Shown: piece after piece, positions 38,492 through 53,069 of the stretch | Position numbering within the stretch: position 1 is the stretch's first letter | How the letters are laid out: each line of letters begins with the position of its first letter | Assembly (NCBI GenBank): GCA_051294905.1 | Contig: CM119378.1 | Span: forward strand, 868,001-932,000 | Direction of reading: 5' to 3' | Source: Botryllus schlosseri | Taxonomy: Eukaryota | Length of the DNA: 64,000 nt | Position numbers and translations under genes: made by a program | Notes under the pieces: generated by a model | Seen by the model: the letters and a program-made list of their open reading frames with translations, nothing else | The model's database searches: none | What the model was told of the DNA's origin: nothing

Positions 38492-40469
38492 GCCTAGTTT
38501 ATATCGATATTGAATTCATGCATCCCGCGGCCGCTACGAAATTTGAAAAGTGGGCCGCGACCTGTTTTGAGTTGGCGACCCCTGTACTAAAGTGTGTAGC
38601 TTTGTACTAGATGTTTTGCATGCTGCAATGCGGCCAATTGAGGTAGCATGATTTCTACAGTCTAAAATACTGTCGAAACTATAATTATTGTTGATAAATT
38701 AACTCTTAGGGGCAAGGAGCGTATCATTTCAGTACTCGGAATAAATCATCTCTCACTGCTCGACTGGAATTAATACTTGGTTCAAATTTGAGTACTTGAA
38801 TCATTCTGCCTAGCCGTACTTAGGAGTTGCAATGATCACACCCAACGTTGTCCATTACTAGTGTGACATTGTCACCTGGATAGGAAGGAGAAATCTCCAG
38901 CAAGGTGTTTTTGTTTGTATTCCAAACATAATTAGGAATTGTTGCGCCCAGCTCACCAAGCTAGATTTTGCTCACTTCCACCACTTTAAGTGGATATGCT
39001 TTGAGACTACTTCCACATTTTTAAAGCATAACTACAAACTTTTTACAATTCGAATTTTGAAGACCGGAAAAAAATATTGTGAAATTATCATACAAACTAC
39101 ACAAAATACCCCCTGTATCATGGTATCTAAATATTTATTTGGAGATTGTAACGTCTGTAGTCTCATTTGTCGTAGTGCGTTAGTCACAAATATGCATATT
39201 GTAATTTTGAAAGTAGCCACCTGTTACTGCCAAAATCATGCAAAAGGATGCAACCCCTCGATCAAATCTAATTTTGCAACTACTTGAGTACTTGTCATAC
39301 TTCTCATTTTCTGCTTTCACTTGAAGTAGTGTTGGCTTGTCTTGAGAAAAACTACTTGAGTAGTAACACTGACTACCTTGATCAACTCTGTGCTCAGCCG
39401 TAGTGAATGCCATGCTTCGGTGTTTGTCTCTATTCCCTATAATTTATGGGGTTCACTGTCAGTAAGGAAGAAATATTTAACGGTACAGGCTAGGCTGAAC
39501 TCTCCGCTCTTTGAAACAAAGAAAGCATTGTGCCGGTCAAACATCGGGAGTTGTCAGTTCGATTAGCGGCAGATATCGTCCGCCAACTCGCGAATCCACG
39601 AAAACACGTCGATCGGATGTCCTGTCTAGCCGATGTCTGCGTTTCGCGTTTTTGATCCTGCACCTGTTTGACCACGAAGACAGTGTTATTGATTCGGTCT
39701 ATATTGTTCGATCAAGCGACCGTGACCTCCCATTTGATTTCCAACGACAGTGACGCAAGGGCCATTCCCAACCTGGACAACAAAAGTTGGAACCACCACG
39801 TTCCCAAATCTTCTGAAATTTGGTACATGCATAGATGAGTTAATTTCGAACACAATAAAGTTTATTTGAGGAAAATTGATCCCCGGGGTCAAAAGTTATG
39901 TCATTTTGAAAAATTGACGATTTTCTGCTCATTTCAGCTCTGCAGCATTCAGGTTTATCGATGTAAAATTCAAAAAGGTGTAAACAGATGTTGGATTACA
40001 GTTGAGATTTGGCACTGGGTTTTCTGAGTAGCTAGTATATTGGTCTATATTCTCATGTGGTATTGAATGCCATGCGGTGTAGTGTTAAAGGTTAAATTGA
40101 GGCGAAACTTGGTCGATGGTCTGAAATCGGTCAAGCGTTACACAATTTAGAATGCGAATTGAACAAAACCAGAATGCGAATTGAGCAAAACCTTATAAGT
40201 ATATTCCAGCGAGTAGGGTATCATATGAAAGCTGGTTACAAAGACAATTTTCCATAGCTTTATTATTTTGGTTTTTTGACTGTAAGGTGGGGAAATCGCC
40301 ATGTCAAGAGTACACTGCATTTGTACATGGATATGCTTAAGTTTGGAATACGGTAAACCGATGGTTCCCATACTTTTTTGACTCAACACACCTTGTTAAG
40401 CTCAACATATATTCATCATTACCCCTGAAGACTGAAGCTGTTCCTTGGGTATATATTAATGAGAAATTT

Positions 40470-41415
40470 TAAAAAATAACCTAACCGTTAACATCGCTGG
40501 TCAGCCCGTTTCCAACACAGATAATGACAAATATCTCGGGGTTTTATTGGACTCGGACATGTCCTGGAAGAGTCATATTAAGTCCCTAGACACTAAATTA
40601 TCACCGAAGTGCGGCCTGTTCTACGGCCTTGGACGCTTCATGCCAGCCTGGGTTCTTCTGAAACTATTTAAATCCTTAATCCAATCGAAGTTACAATATG
40701 GCATCCTTTGTTGGGGGGCTGGCAATAAAACTGCACTCGAGCCACTGCAAAAACTATAACATAAGGTACTCCGTAGCATAGCTAGAGCCCCACAGGGGCC
40801 TGTTGGTCCATCCAACAAGTCGCTGCTGAAGAGAAGAGATTCGGTGTCCTAAACATAGAAGATATGCGAAAACTAGAAATCGCCAAGTTTATGCATCAGT
40901 TCCACTGCGGTCGTTGCCCCGAATATTTCAATGACTTTTTTGCCTCGGAATCAAAAGCGCACAAGTACAACACACGCGCGTCCACGTCGTCCAAATATCA
41001 TATGATCGACCGAAAAGATCATCGCTCCGTCAAATATGCCGGACCTGATGTGTGGAACAGTATTCCGCCGGCTATCCGACAGTCGACGAGCATGTCCACA
41101 TTCAAGTCGAAATACAAGTAATTACTACTAAATGAATACTAGTCCATCCCCAAGATTACCGGACCACGACTGTCCTATCGATCTCGCCTTCCATGACATG
41201 CCACCCCATTTTTGTCGCTTGCTTTTTTCTATACTATCTTCTTTACTTTTTATTCAGTGTGCATGCCTCCTCTTTACATCGCCTAGGCCAAGGTGGGTGT
41301 CCGATTTCATAGACTATTCCAAGTCGCTTCGACACCTTCCTACCTTTCATTGTATCGCATTTCTGTGGTGCATTGAGCTGATAAAATTGCTAATAAACCA
41401 ATGATGATGATGATG
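40470..41415 (+). mobile_element. 5'-truncated L2/CR1-group LINE
   Basis: KYLGVLLDSDMSWKSHI, LIQSKLQYGILCWGA, HKYNTR, GPDVWNSIP, then 3'UTR, AATAAA and a (TGA)n tail; the tail is duplicated at 41416-41570. Confidence 0.85.
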
Positions 41416-41907
41416 TGCATGCCTCCTCTTTCCATCGCCTATAGGCATAGGTGGGTGTCCGATTTCATAGACTACTCCAAGTCGCTTCGACACCTTCCTA
41501 TCTTTCATTGTATCGCATTTCTGTGGTGTATTGAACTGATAAAATTGCTAATAAACCAATGATTATGATGAGAATAGCTACCCATTGCTTCCGTCGTTTA
41601 TCCGTCCGTTGCAAAATTTCTCAACTTTGACATTCAGAGTTATATTTTTCAGCAGAAACTCTACCGATAGTGCTCTGAATGTCAAGGTAAGGAAATTCAA
41701 CATAGGTGCGGGTTAACGACGGAAGTTCACGACGGGAGTAAGGGTGACCCAGGGGGTCGCCAACTCAAAATGAGTCGCGGGCTACATTTCAAAATTCCGC
41801 GTTTGGATAACTCTAGGTCAGTACAACGCTGTGCTAACATGGGCGACGGGCATAGTTACCACAGAAGAAATAATATGTTATTGAAGAAATACAAATACAA
41901 CAGTGCA

Positions 41908-42800
41908 TGCATGCACACTGAATGAAAATAGAGAAGATAGTAGCCTATAGAAAAAAGCAAGCGACAAAAATGGGGTGGCATGTCATGGAAGGCGAGATCG
42001 ATAGGTCAGTCGTGGTCCGGTAATCTTGGGGATGACCTAGTATTCATTTAGTAGTAATTGCTTGTATTTCGACTTGAATGTGGACATGCTCGTCGACTGT
42101 CGGATAGCCGGAGGAATACTGTTCCACACATCAGGTCCGGCATATTTGACGGAGCGATGATCTTTTCGGTCGATCATATGATATTTGGACGACGTGGACG
42201 CGCGTGTGTTGTACTTGTGCGCTTTTGATTCCGAGGTAAAAAAGTCATTGAAATATTCGGGGCAACGACCGCAGTGGAACTGATAAATAAACTTCGCGAT
42301 TTCTAGTTTTCGCATATCTTCTATGTTTAGGACACCGAATCTCTTCAGCAGCGACTTGTTGGATGGACCAACAGGCCCCTAAGGGGCTCTAGCTATGATA
42401 CGGAGTACCTTATGTTATAGTTTTTGCAGACTACTCCTTGTCGCTTCGACATCTTCCTGTCTTTTCATTGTATCGCATTTTTTGTGGTGTATTGAACTGA
42501 TAAAATTGCTAATAAACCAATGATGATGATGATGATGGCTCGAGTGCAGTTTTATTGCCAGCCCCCCAACAAAGGATGCCATATTGTAACTTCGATTGGA
42601 TTAGGGATTTAAAGAGTATCAGAAGAACCCAGGCTGGCATGAAGCGTCCAAGGCTGTAGAACAGGCCGCACTTCGGTGATAATTTAGGGTAGGGACTGAA
42701 TATGACTCTTCCAGGACATGTCCGAGTCCAATAAAACCCCGAGATATTTGTCATTATCTGTGTTGGAAACGGGCTGACCAGCGATGTTAACGGTTAGGTT
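41908..42800 (-). mobile_element. Mirror copy of the LINE fragment in the right arm
   Basis: ORFs 42037-42315 and 42509-42754 mirror 40864-41121 and 40547-40759; interrupted at ~42430-42537 by a plus-strand tail of the same LINE family. Confidence 0.85.
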
Positions 42801-45800
42801 ATTTTTTTTTTAATTTCTTATTAATATATACCCAAGGAACAGCTCTTGGTTTCAAATAGGTTGTTGGAAATTGACATATAGTCTTCAGGGGTAGTGATGA
42901 ATATAAGTTGAGCTTAACAAGGTGTGTTGAGTCAAAAAAGTATGGGAACCATCGGTTTACCGTTTTCCAAACTTAAGCATATCCATGTACAAATGCAGTG
43001 TACTCTTGAGATGGCGATTTCCCCACCTTACAGTCAAAAAACCAAAATGAAAAAGCTATGGAAAATTGTTTTTGTAACCAGCTTTCATATGATACCTTAC
43101 TAGCTGGAATATACTTATAAGGTTTTGCTCAATTCGCATTCTAAATTGTGTAACGCTTGACCGATTTCAGACCATCGACCAAGTTTCGCCTCAATTTAAC
43201 CTTTAACACTACACCGCATGGCATTCAATACCACATGAGAATATAGACCAATATACTAGCTACTCAGAAAACCCAGTGCCAAATCCCAACTGTAATCCAA
43301 CATCTGTTTACACCTTTTTGAATTTTACATTGATAAACCTGAATGCTGCAGAGCTGAAATGAGCAGAAAATCGTCAATTTTTCAAAATGACATAACTTTT
43401 GACCCCGGGGATCAATTTTCCTCAAATAAACTTAATTGTGTTCGAAATTAACTCATCTATGCATGTACCAAATTTCAGAAGATTTGGGAATGTGGTGGTT
43501 CCAACTTTTGTTGTCCAGGTTGGGAATGGCCAGCAAGCAAGTTGTCTCAGTTAAATTATATTTTAATCACGATTCGTTTTTAGTTTATTGTTGAAAACAC
43601 CACAAGATTGAGATGTAATGAAAAGTTAGGAAGATGTCGGAACGGCTTGGAGTCGTCTATGAAATCAGACACCCAGCCGGGTCTAGCTAGACGACGTACA
43701 GATGAGGTATGCATGCTGCATCAAAACAAAAGTAATAAAAGTGAACATAAAACGTACAAGCTATAAAATGAAGTGGCGTATGTCGGAAGACGAGGTCTAT
43801 GTTCAATCATGAAGGAGTTTTATTATTTGTATCCATTCGAGATACCATGTGATGTAATAAAGATATAGCTATTAGCTGGACGTCGAAACGACCAAGTATA
43901 CATTCTCTTGAATCAATCAAACATCCACCTCTGCCCAATCTCCGATGAAGCAGTATTCGATGGCTATCTTCACTTCTTTTGGACAGTTTCCCTTCCTTTT
44001 TTCATTCGTCTCTCTCAGGGCTTTTATGCAGAGTTCGAGCATTCCAAAATTATATTAGAAGTGACGCTACATTTTTTTGTCAAATTAGACTAGAATTTGA
44101 ATTACTGAACTGGAAAGAACTTGGTAAGTGAAGTAACTTCCTAATTAGAAAGAAATACAACGAAAATCAAGCTCATTTCGTATCAAACCGGAGTTCATTC
44201 TGATAAGCACGAGGATGGAAAATGTCGGTACGCCAATTGGCTCCTTGCTCACGATATAGTTCTCTCGTAGCGTTTTCGGGAGAACCAGAAATTAGAATCT
44301 AGAACTAGAATTATCTGGTATTCCATGTCTGTTTTTATATAAAGACGCCGTAAAAACATCGAGATAGCTGAGGATGAGCCCAGATAAGGATATGACGCTA
44401 CTAAACGTGCTACCGGCGACACTCGAACCAAATTCGCCAACTACGCCAAATATTCTAGATGGGATTTGTTATCGTTTCAAGGCCGACTCTTCTCGGCCGA
44501 ATCATTGAGAATGTCTTCACTGAATGACTTCATCAAATGTCTAGTCTGCCTTACGCTACTGTCTGAAGATGGGACTTGTTTGAAGGTTTCCTCTGCGGCC
44601 AACGGGCGTGATTTCGTGATCGGTTTCGTTGTATGTTGATTGTTCGTTGTTGTCTTTATGTTAATAGCAGACTTGACAGATATAATTGTTTCGACTGATT
44701 ATGAGCGAAATGTCGATAATCTAATTCTAATCTAATTTATGGCTTTCCTGGAAATGCTACAAATGAACTGTATATTGCGGAACGACCCAAGCTCTATGTA
44801 CAATTGTACAAATGTACAGACATTTGCCATTCTGACGCTTATGAGAATGAACTCGAATTTGATATGAACCGAGCTTGATTTTTGTTATGTTTCTTTCTAA
44901 TTCTGAAGTTTATTCAATAACCAAGTTTTTACGAGTTCAGTAATTCTAATCTAACTTAAAAAAGCTGACGATTTTCTAGCTGTCCAGCTCGATAAAAATA
45001 TCAGACATCGCCCGGCAAGACTTACGATAAATTAAATCCAGCCTCGATATCCGTGAACGAATCCATGTATTGGACTGTATATTTATTTCTATTTGTTATT
45101 TTTATGTGATTTCAAAATAAACTGTCTCTGCGATAACGTAAAAATCCAGCGTCTGTCTCGAGTGATTTTCTTAAAATGTGCCCGACAGCATTTTAATATG
45201 TATCGTGCCGATACTTTTTTCCCTACTTTGATACACAGCTAATAGACAATAATTGCAGTCGTATCTTGAAGCGATACGTGACGCTATTCGTTCTGTTTGC
45301 TGATTTAGAGGAAGTGTTTGCCTTTTCGCGTTGGTAATTACAGAATAATTTCAGACATTTGAAAAGTTCTCGGTAGAATCCTAGTATTGTCGAGCAGGGT
45401 TGAAGTGTTGAAGATGATCGATCATAGATAGGTGAGCAATCGCAGGGTTTAATTTGTGACATCTCGGGATTCCGTGCTCGTAAGACTGAATGAATAAGCT
45501 GTCGCATTTTCCACACATGTAGTTTATTACTCGTATTTGAATCGAATATTATCATAGTGAAATTATCATAGTCGCCAATCGCCATAGTATTTTCAACTAC
45601 GGAAGCCTTGATACTTCGATCGGTCGTATCGCAGCATTCGAAACATGTGATACAAAGATACGCACGTTAGTGGAAATGACATATCTGTAAAGTCGTGATT
45701 AACACACAGAATTGTCACAGGGTGCAATGGAATAGGCATGGTCGAAAAGTACGCAATTATTTCTAATATGATGTACAGCTGGCATTATATCTCCTTGGTC

Positions 45801-46413
45801 GCATAAAATGTACGTACACGTACACATTTGAAGTTTCCACATCTTTCACACTGTCATGAGATCATACTGAGTGGTCTGCCAATAGTCGACTCGACGCCTA
45901 ATACAATATTGAGGATCGAATCGCTAACATACTCGCTTTTGTCCAGCCCAAACTGTAAGTTATTACCGGAATGTTTTTCTTCTGATTTCTGTGTTTCGTG
46001 TGCTTCTGTAGTGTACAATCAGACATGTGATCCATTGTTCGAATTTGTGGACGGCGAATACTCGTTGCGTTTATTTGAGTGTGTGGGATTTGTGAACACC
46101 TCACTCACGCAGAGGAGATCTAATCGTGACACGCCGATCGGATGCAATCCAGTCTCGCTATAGATAACGAACTTACCGCGAGTCAGATATCTATGGCCTC
46201 ACATTGCCTCATAAGTCGGAGTCGCGTTCGAACTTGTTGCGCGTGACACATTGTGACGCGACAGTGCTCGACCGCCGACGGCAGTCACATCTTGCTTAAC
46301 GTCATTGCGTCGTTGGCACAAAACCGGCATTTCGTCGGATTCTTTAAAGTTGAAAGTCTTGACGTTTTAAGAATATAAACGAGTTGTTCTTACTAACCTG
46401 GAGAACCATTAAG

Positions 46414-47060
46414 CCAGGGGTCTCTAACACACGGCCCCAATCTGATTTGAGATTTCGGAAGAACGCTAAGTGAAGCATTTTATATGCTGAAATTGATTTC
46501 AGTTTCAAAATATTCTTGTTGTTCTTGTTTGACAATAAGCTATTCTACTGTGCCCAATATCTTTATACCTCACTAGCTGAGACGGCAACGGCGATGAGAA
46601 CAGGCGGACAGCATTCCATGAGGGAGAATCAGCTGGTATGATTGCCTCGACGTGCAATGGACCCCACACTGCCAAGATCGAGACGCTCAGAAAACGGCTT
46701 TGGGCTTTCCCACAATATCAAGGTTTAAAAAGAGATAGTATTTCATCTAGTACCGTTTATCACTAGCCCTATTATCGATTCCTTAGTAGCTGAAAAGCGT
46801 TGTCAGTTATCGTGCGCAGCTCATAGCTCAAAATTTAACGAATTTGATGATCATGATATTTTTGTTGTATTTGTATTTCTTCAATAAAATATTCCTTTTT
46901 TTGTTGTAACTGCCTGTCGCTCATGTTAGAGAGCACACCGTTGTACTGACGTAGAAGTGTAGCCTATTTTATCTCGATATTGCGTTCTTGCGGCCCGCGG
47001 CCTCCACAGAATTTGAAATTGGCCCGTGACCCGTTTTGATTTGGCCAGTGCCCACCCTTG
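46414..47060. mobile_element. hAT-Charlie-type MITE (33878 family)
   Basis: Colinear with the non-nested parts of 33878-38584; starts CAGGGGTCTCTAAC; right end degenerate. Confidence 0.7.
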
Positions 47061-50000
47061 CCCTTCGCTAGCCTTCGGCAAACCCCAAATTTTCGCCGAG
47101 TCACAAAAACAAAACCTGCCATATTCCACATCTAAGACATTACTATAGTAGGCTATACTAGTGCAGAAAATGAACTGTGCGTCAGGGGCAGTGTTAAAAG
47201 ATCAAAAACGAAAAGATGATAATGAATACTGCAAATAAGTGTGACTTCTGTATGAGTCGAGTGCGTGTATTGACCTTCAGCGAACCCCAGTCAAGAACCA
47301 TCGGAATAAATACAGAAACAACTATTATATCTTTCCCCTTATCGACTGCTACTTCTTCTCCGGAGCTATCTACCGAAATGTGGTCGAGAATTCTGCAAAA
47401 TGATTTTGAAATCGTTGCACACCTCCGTAAACTGCATCAGTAGTTGACAATCTATTATTAGATTGATATACATACATACATTGAATGCTATACAGCGTGC
47501 ATGATTCACCATACCAAAAATGTTGTAGAGCACTGGGCTAGATTGCGCCGAAATGTTGCCATACTTTGCGTCATCCTATTTCTAAACTACTAAAACGATG
47601 ATTTCAGATTTATCGGCACGGCTGTTAATATAAATTGATGAGAACGCCGACTACAGGGTATGCACCATTTAAATAGTGTGGAAGTACAATTCAGCGACGC
47701 TTGTTGGTTGAAATGCTGCATAAGATAAATAGCTTCATTTGTTTGTCACACCAGTGAAAACCCGATACAGACCAGGAGACCAACCGGGGAGTACGCACAG
47801 TGTTGACATTAACGGTGAAAAATAAATAAGATACTAAACTACAAAAATGAACACGAGAAATAGTTAATTTCGTATGCAACACAAGATACGCACAAACCAA
47901 TATAAAGGTCGCTCTAATTTCGTGTTTGTGTAGGGTAAAAAGAAAGTTTGTGTGCACAAGTTTGTTACCAATATATATTCATCGAAATTGCCAATAAAGG
48001 AGCAACATTAATTCTTAAACACTTGACTGAATACATTTACGCACGGTTTTGATGATATGATAACGCCAGTCAAGACCATTATGGCGGTCATGCCGAAGTT
48101 GTGATGTCGTGCTAATGGAACTAACTGCAGAGAACAGATAAACGGAAATGAAATACAGTCGGAATTAATATTTATCAGGTGGATTTGCGAAGTGGAATAT
48201 TTGGTGACTTGACTCGAGTCACACGATTCCTTCGATAATTTCAAACGACGAGTCCGATGCAAATGATTTCCAGGCAGTGACCCAAATGAAGTAATTGATA
48301 AACGTGACTCGAGCGGACATCCAATTTAGTTCGTGGGCGTTCAACTTACTACAGTGTTTTTGAGTAGTTCTAGTTCTAGTGGTGGAGTTTGAAAAGTGAA
48401 TAGTTCTAGTAGTGGAATTTGAAAAGCCACTAGTTCCAGTTACAGAGTTGAATAAAAATAGTTGCTAAAAACTAGAAAACACTTGTCATCTTTTGCGTGA
48501 ATCTTGTGATAACTTTGTCGTGTGAAGTTATTGCAGCGATTGCTAGCTCAGAGTCAGCACTACTAACAGCCAGGGGTAGGTTTTGGGGGTCGAAACCCCT
48601 CCCATTTCAAACTAGAAACCTTGTCCCTTTCAAATGCCGATTTTATCTCCAGTATTTCTTTGCTCATTTGCAATTCAGTAATGCGCATTATCAGTTACTA
48701 CTCATTGGTGTTTAAGTTACGTAGTTGAGGATTTTTAAAGGTCGTTACTTTCAGTTCTTGTTCTAGTTACATATTTTGAAACTCCAGTAATTTGTGGAAG
48801 TCTGGATTCGAGTCTACCAACGCAATGGATATGGTACTATGTTATTGAGAAACGCGCGACCATGTTGGGATTTCCATTGTGTCGTCATGGCACGCGGATT
48901 TTACCGAATCCTCCATTACGGTTGACATTCTATCAGAGAAAGTTCACAGACTCTGTAAAATTAAATATTAACTCGCAAGTTGACATAGTGGCTATTTCTG
49001 ACAGGGAGCGCATCCTTGAAATAAAACGTGGAATCGATCGTAATGCGGCCCGAATTGAACTCTTTGTTGCGCAGCAGTGGGATATTTGCGGCAATACTCC
49101 CACGAAAACGACATGGTAAATAATATTGGGCTAATGCTCAACCAGGCAAGCTTCAGAAAGATCTGTTTTGTTAAGCGGCAAATTAGGAAACTAACCTCCT
49201 GGTATGTCTGTCTTGAACGAGAAAAATGCTCCTTTTACGAGACAGGACACATCGAACACTTGGCCTTAAACTGATACATTTCATTCAGTGAGCAATGAGC
49301 ATGCTGCAGTAGGTTTAATAATTTCATCAGTTGAAAACTACACAAGATTGCGATCTATTGAAAAGACAGGAGGTTGTAGAAACGAATTGGCGTAGCCTTT
49401 TAAATCAGACACCCACCTTGACCCGGAGCACGTAAATAAGATGCGTGCACACTGCACAGTGCACACTGGATGAAAACAAGTATAGTAAAACATAATAATA
49501 CTACCGCAACAAAACTTTTCGTTGATATTTGTGGCAAGGAAGTAACGCTTCAGTACTCGAAAAATCATCTGTCACTACTCGACTCACATCACTATAGAAT
49601 TAACACTCCAATCATTGTACCAATTCCTAAAAAGGACTAGCGATGTAAATAAAGTGATTGGTATGCTAGCGTATTACAGGCGATGTCGATACCTCAGATC
49701 GTGGTCCGGTAATCTTGAAGGTTAACTAGTATTCAATACATTATTATTGATAAACTGTTCTGAAGTAGCCGATCTATTGCGAGTAGAGGTAGACGCGAAA
49801 CTCAGTATGAGTTCATTGATAATTCTATCATTTCAAAACACCACAAGGCTGCGATACAGCAATGATATATATAATATTGGGTACAGTGAAAAGAGCTACG
49901 TCCAAAGAAAGTTGCTCGCGGTCACGTGTCGCCTTTAGCTTTCGAACTCGTTTCTCGCGCCATTTGTTTGCGTCATCCAGCCAATCTGTTTACAATCTGG

Positions 50001-50738
50001 CGATTCCTGTTCGCGTCACTCTTCAGACGCTGACACAGCCACGGGCGGTCGACTTGACGAAGGAATTTCCGACAGATTATCACTCACGGGCAGAATGCGC
50101 GTCTCGATGGGCTCAGGAAACCAAGTGTTTGCGAAAATGTATCTCTGATCAATTTCTCTCGCTTAGAGATTTGCGCGACAGCTTCGTTTGCGGAACGTTT
50201 GCCTTGTTTGTGGAGCCAGTCGGTGTTGATTTACTACGTTTGATTTTGCGACAGGACGGTTTAGTGACGTCAGCTGTGTAACTAAAAGAGTTAGGGTTGA
50301 AATCCGAGGCGTTGGGTGTAACTTCCTAGTAGATTTGAACAACTATATAATTCTAGTTGTCAAATTAGATTAATCTAATTCTAATCTAATTTGTGACATG
50401 TTTCTATGCTCTCATTTTCATTCTAATCTAATTTTACTGAAAATGCTACAGGAGAACTGTATCGTGCGAAACGAGCCAAGTTTGGCGTACAGACATTTGT
50501 AATTCTCGTGCTTATGGGAATAAACTCTGCTTTGATACGAACTGTCGGAACTGAACTTGACTTTTGCTGTGTTTCGTTCTAATTTGGATTTGAATTCAAT
50601 TTGCAAGTTCTTGCGAATTAGTAACTCTAATTCTTATCTAGTTTGGAAAAACTGTGCAGCTATCATTCTAATTCTAATATAATTTGGAAATGCTGAAAAT
50701 TTAGTAGTTGCTCAACTTTACTGCCTAGTTGAGGGGGA

Positions 50739-51095
50739 CGTAGTTGTCATTACCTTCTCATGTGTTGAATCAATCTCTCTGTCCACCGTAGTGCTTTGAC
50801 TGGGATTCTGTGTCCGCTGATTGGTCAGTTCCGTTGCCGCTCTCTCCCGTTCGTGTTGTCATGTTCTTTTGTTATCGAGGTAACGATATCAATTACTACC
50901 ACACTATCGAGTGTTGGCTTCTATTATGAGTGGAAGATTTACGTGGATCGGTTGACGCCGATTGTTGGCGAGCAGACAATTCGTCTGCTGCACCCACGCT
51001 CAGAGCCTACTCGCACTACTTACACAGGTGTTTGTTTATGTTGTCACACTACTTCCAACTTTACTGGACAGTGGACAGTTGTTTGTCGAACTACA
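50739..51095 (+). mobile_element. Possible orphan 3' LTR
   Basis: Purine tract GAGGGGGA, then (C)GTAGTT...AACTACA inverted termini; no partner LTR found. Confidence 0.3.
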
Positions 51096-52637
51096 TAGCC
51101 TACTTGGAGTTTGAAGAGCTTAGCTTGGAGGTACAGAACTTCAATACACAATTGAATAATAGATTGATATTGAAATGAGCTCGAATATTTTCGGCACACA
51201 CGCGTCAGGTGTAATCGTCATAAACCAGTAGAGAATTGGAACGAATATTGTACATCAACAATCGTACGATTCTATTGTACAGTGGAGTTTGTCATGTAAA
51301 GAGTACATTTTGTATGTTTACATCACCTTAATATGTGATGTTGTTATAACTTATAAGAACCGCGCCAATAAGCTTCTCTATCACAGTATCTGGATATATA
51401 TTCTAAGATTCTACATATTTGTAGTGGCATATTTCGTTTTTAAATCATGTTTCTCCAAGTTCCCGAGGGTTATATGATAACTTTCCGGTATTTCGTTGTG
51501 TAACACCCTAAGTTACATCATATGCACGCATTGATTTAATTGAGGCAAAAGCCGTTTAAGAGATATTGGCGAACTTAGTGATTTTGTGGTATATTTTTTT
51601 TTTTTGAAACCAAGTTTTGTCTATGTTCCCGAGGGTTATATGATAACTTCCTAGTATCACGTTTTATAACTCCCATAGTTACGTCATACGCGCGCACTGG
51701 TTTGATGAGCGATATTGTCATTGGAGTCGCACGAAATAGCCCATGTATCCCGTTGACTGAATATTATTTTCGAAAATTATGCATACCTGTAGTGTTATTG
51801 CTCATTTTGCGTAAATCGCGCAATTGCAATTTCGAAATTTGCCACCCCCAGATTAACATCTGAAAGTATGATACTTATACCGAATGCACTATTGGCGTAA
51901 TGCGATATGATCGCACCGGCCGCGCGCATCAGTACGTCATTCGATCGCCATTGTTGCGTTAATCGTGTGCGCGAAAGACAGAATTCCACTTTAGATTATA
52001 GCGGATGATTCCCCTGCAATGTTGGTAATTTTTTTTGCCCGACGGCGGTCGCATCTCTCCACGATCTGCCATTCTTTCGCTGCTGAACAGACCTCGCCAG
52101 TGTTCACTCCGATATCTAATATATCTCCAGTCCACGCAAATAGAAACACTGCCCGTAGATTTGTACGCACAGTATCATTCTTTATGAAGTGAGTCTATAT
52201 TAAACTTGAACTCCACATATTCTAGCAGCATCTCAAGTTCAGATGAAAGTAATATCCACAGCGAAGGGAACATGGCTCGTTGAAGGCTCGTTCTATAAAT
52301 AGCCAAGCACTACGCGCTCGACGGCGAGTGGTAGGACTTGAATAACAAATTCTTTAATTATGACGTAAGTCGATGTGGTGAACTGCGCCGTAACAGACAC
52401 ACAATAGAATGAGGCGCGAGGCGTTGTATGGTTAGCAGAGCTGCTGGATTAATGCGAGTATGTTCGCAATCGTTTCTTTTGTTCGGGTTTTATACGCGAC
52501 CAGCAGATGTTTCACTTGAAACTCGTGTCGTTTTCGAGCGTTCTGTCGCGGCTCTTTATGAACGCGTTTATGATCGAAGCAGAAGTCCTTTGGCCAAAGA
52601 ACAGCATTCAGCTTACTCATGCCTACCCCGTTTCTAG

Positions 52638-53069
52638 CAGACTTTGACAACTAGATAATTTTCAGCTTTTATAAGTTAGATTAGAATTAGAATCATAGCT
52701 ACACAGTTGTTTCCCAAATTAGACCAGAATTAGAGCTACTCAGTTCTTTCTCGATTAGATTGGAATTAGGATTGTAGCTACTGTTTTTTTTTCAAATTAG
52801 ATTAGAATAACTACACAATATTTTCGAAATTACATTAGAATTAGAAAATTTGGACATTGAATCAAGTTCAGTTCGTATCAAATCAGAGTTCATTATCATA
52901 AGCATGGGAATTACAAATATCTGTACAGCAAGCTTGTCTCGTTTCGTACTATACAGTTCTGATGCAGCATTTTTAGGAAATCCAGAAATTAGATTAGAAT
53001 TAGACTTAGACCAAAGAAACATTTAACGAATTAGATTACTGGCATTTCGCTGTAATTAGTCCAAGTCTG
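52638..53069. mobile_element. hAT-type MITE with AATTAG repeats (multi-copy family)
   Basis: CAGACTT...CAAGTCTG; TSD GTTTCTAG / TTTTCTAG; relatives at ~44080-44320, 44668-44990, 50330-50715, 54420-54812 and 57115-57516. Confidence 0.75.

Larger units (their letters stand above)
33878..38584. mobile_element. hAT-Charlie-type MITE expanded by nested insertions
   Basis: TIR CAGGGATCACCAAC / GTTGGCGACCCCTG; perfect TSD TACTAAAG; an uninterrupted relative lies at ~46414-47060. Confidence 0.85.
39760..43531. mobile_element. Foldback structure with ~1.5-kb inverted arms, each containing the same LINE fragment
   Basis: GGCCATTCCCAACCTGGAC...GTCCAGGTTGGGAATGGCC; arms ~39760-41266 / ~41908-43531; TSD unclear (CGCAAG / AGCAAG). 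Confidence 0.85.

Noticed and set aside
33582..38818. Outer MITE enclosing the 33878-38584 nest
   Set aside because: Ends only loosely inverted and no TSD could be confirmed.
44480..45585. Possible minus-strand gene (120-aa ORF plus an open stretch at ~44490-44660)
   Set aside because: No recognisable domain, interrupted by MITEs, no convincing splice chain.
49862..50281. 139-aa plus-strand ORF, or a minus-strand terminal exon
   Set aside because: No recognisable homology and no linked exons found.
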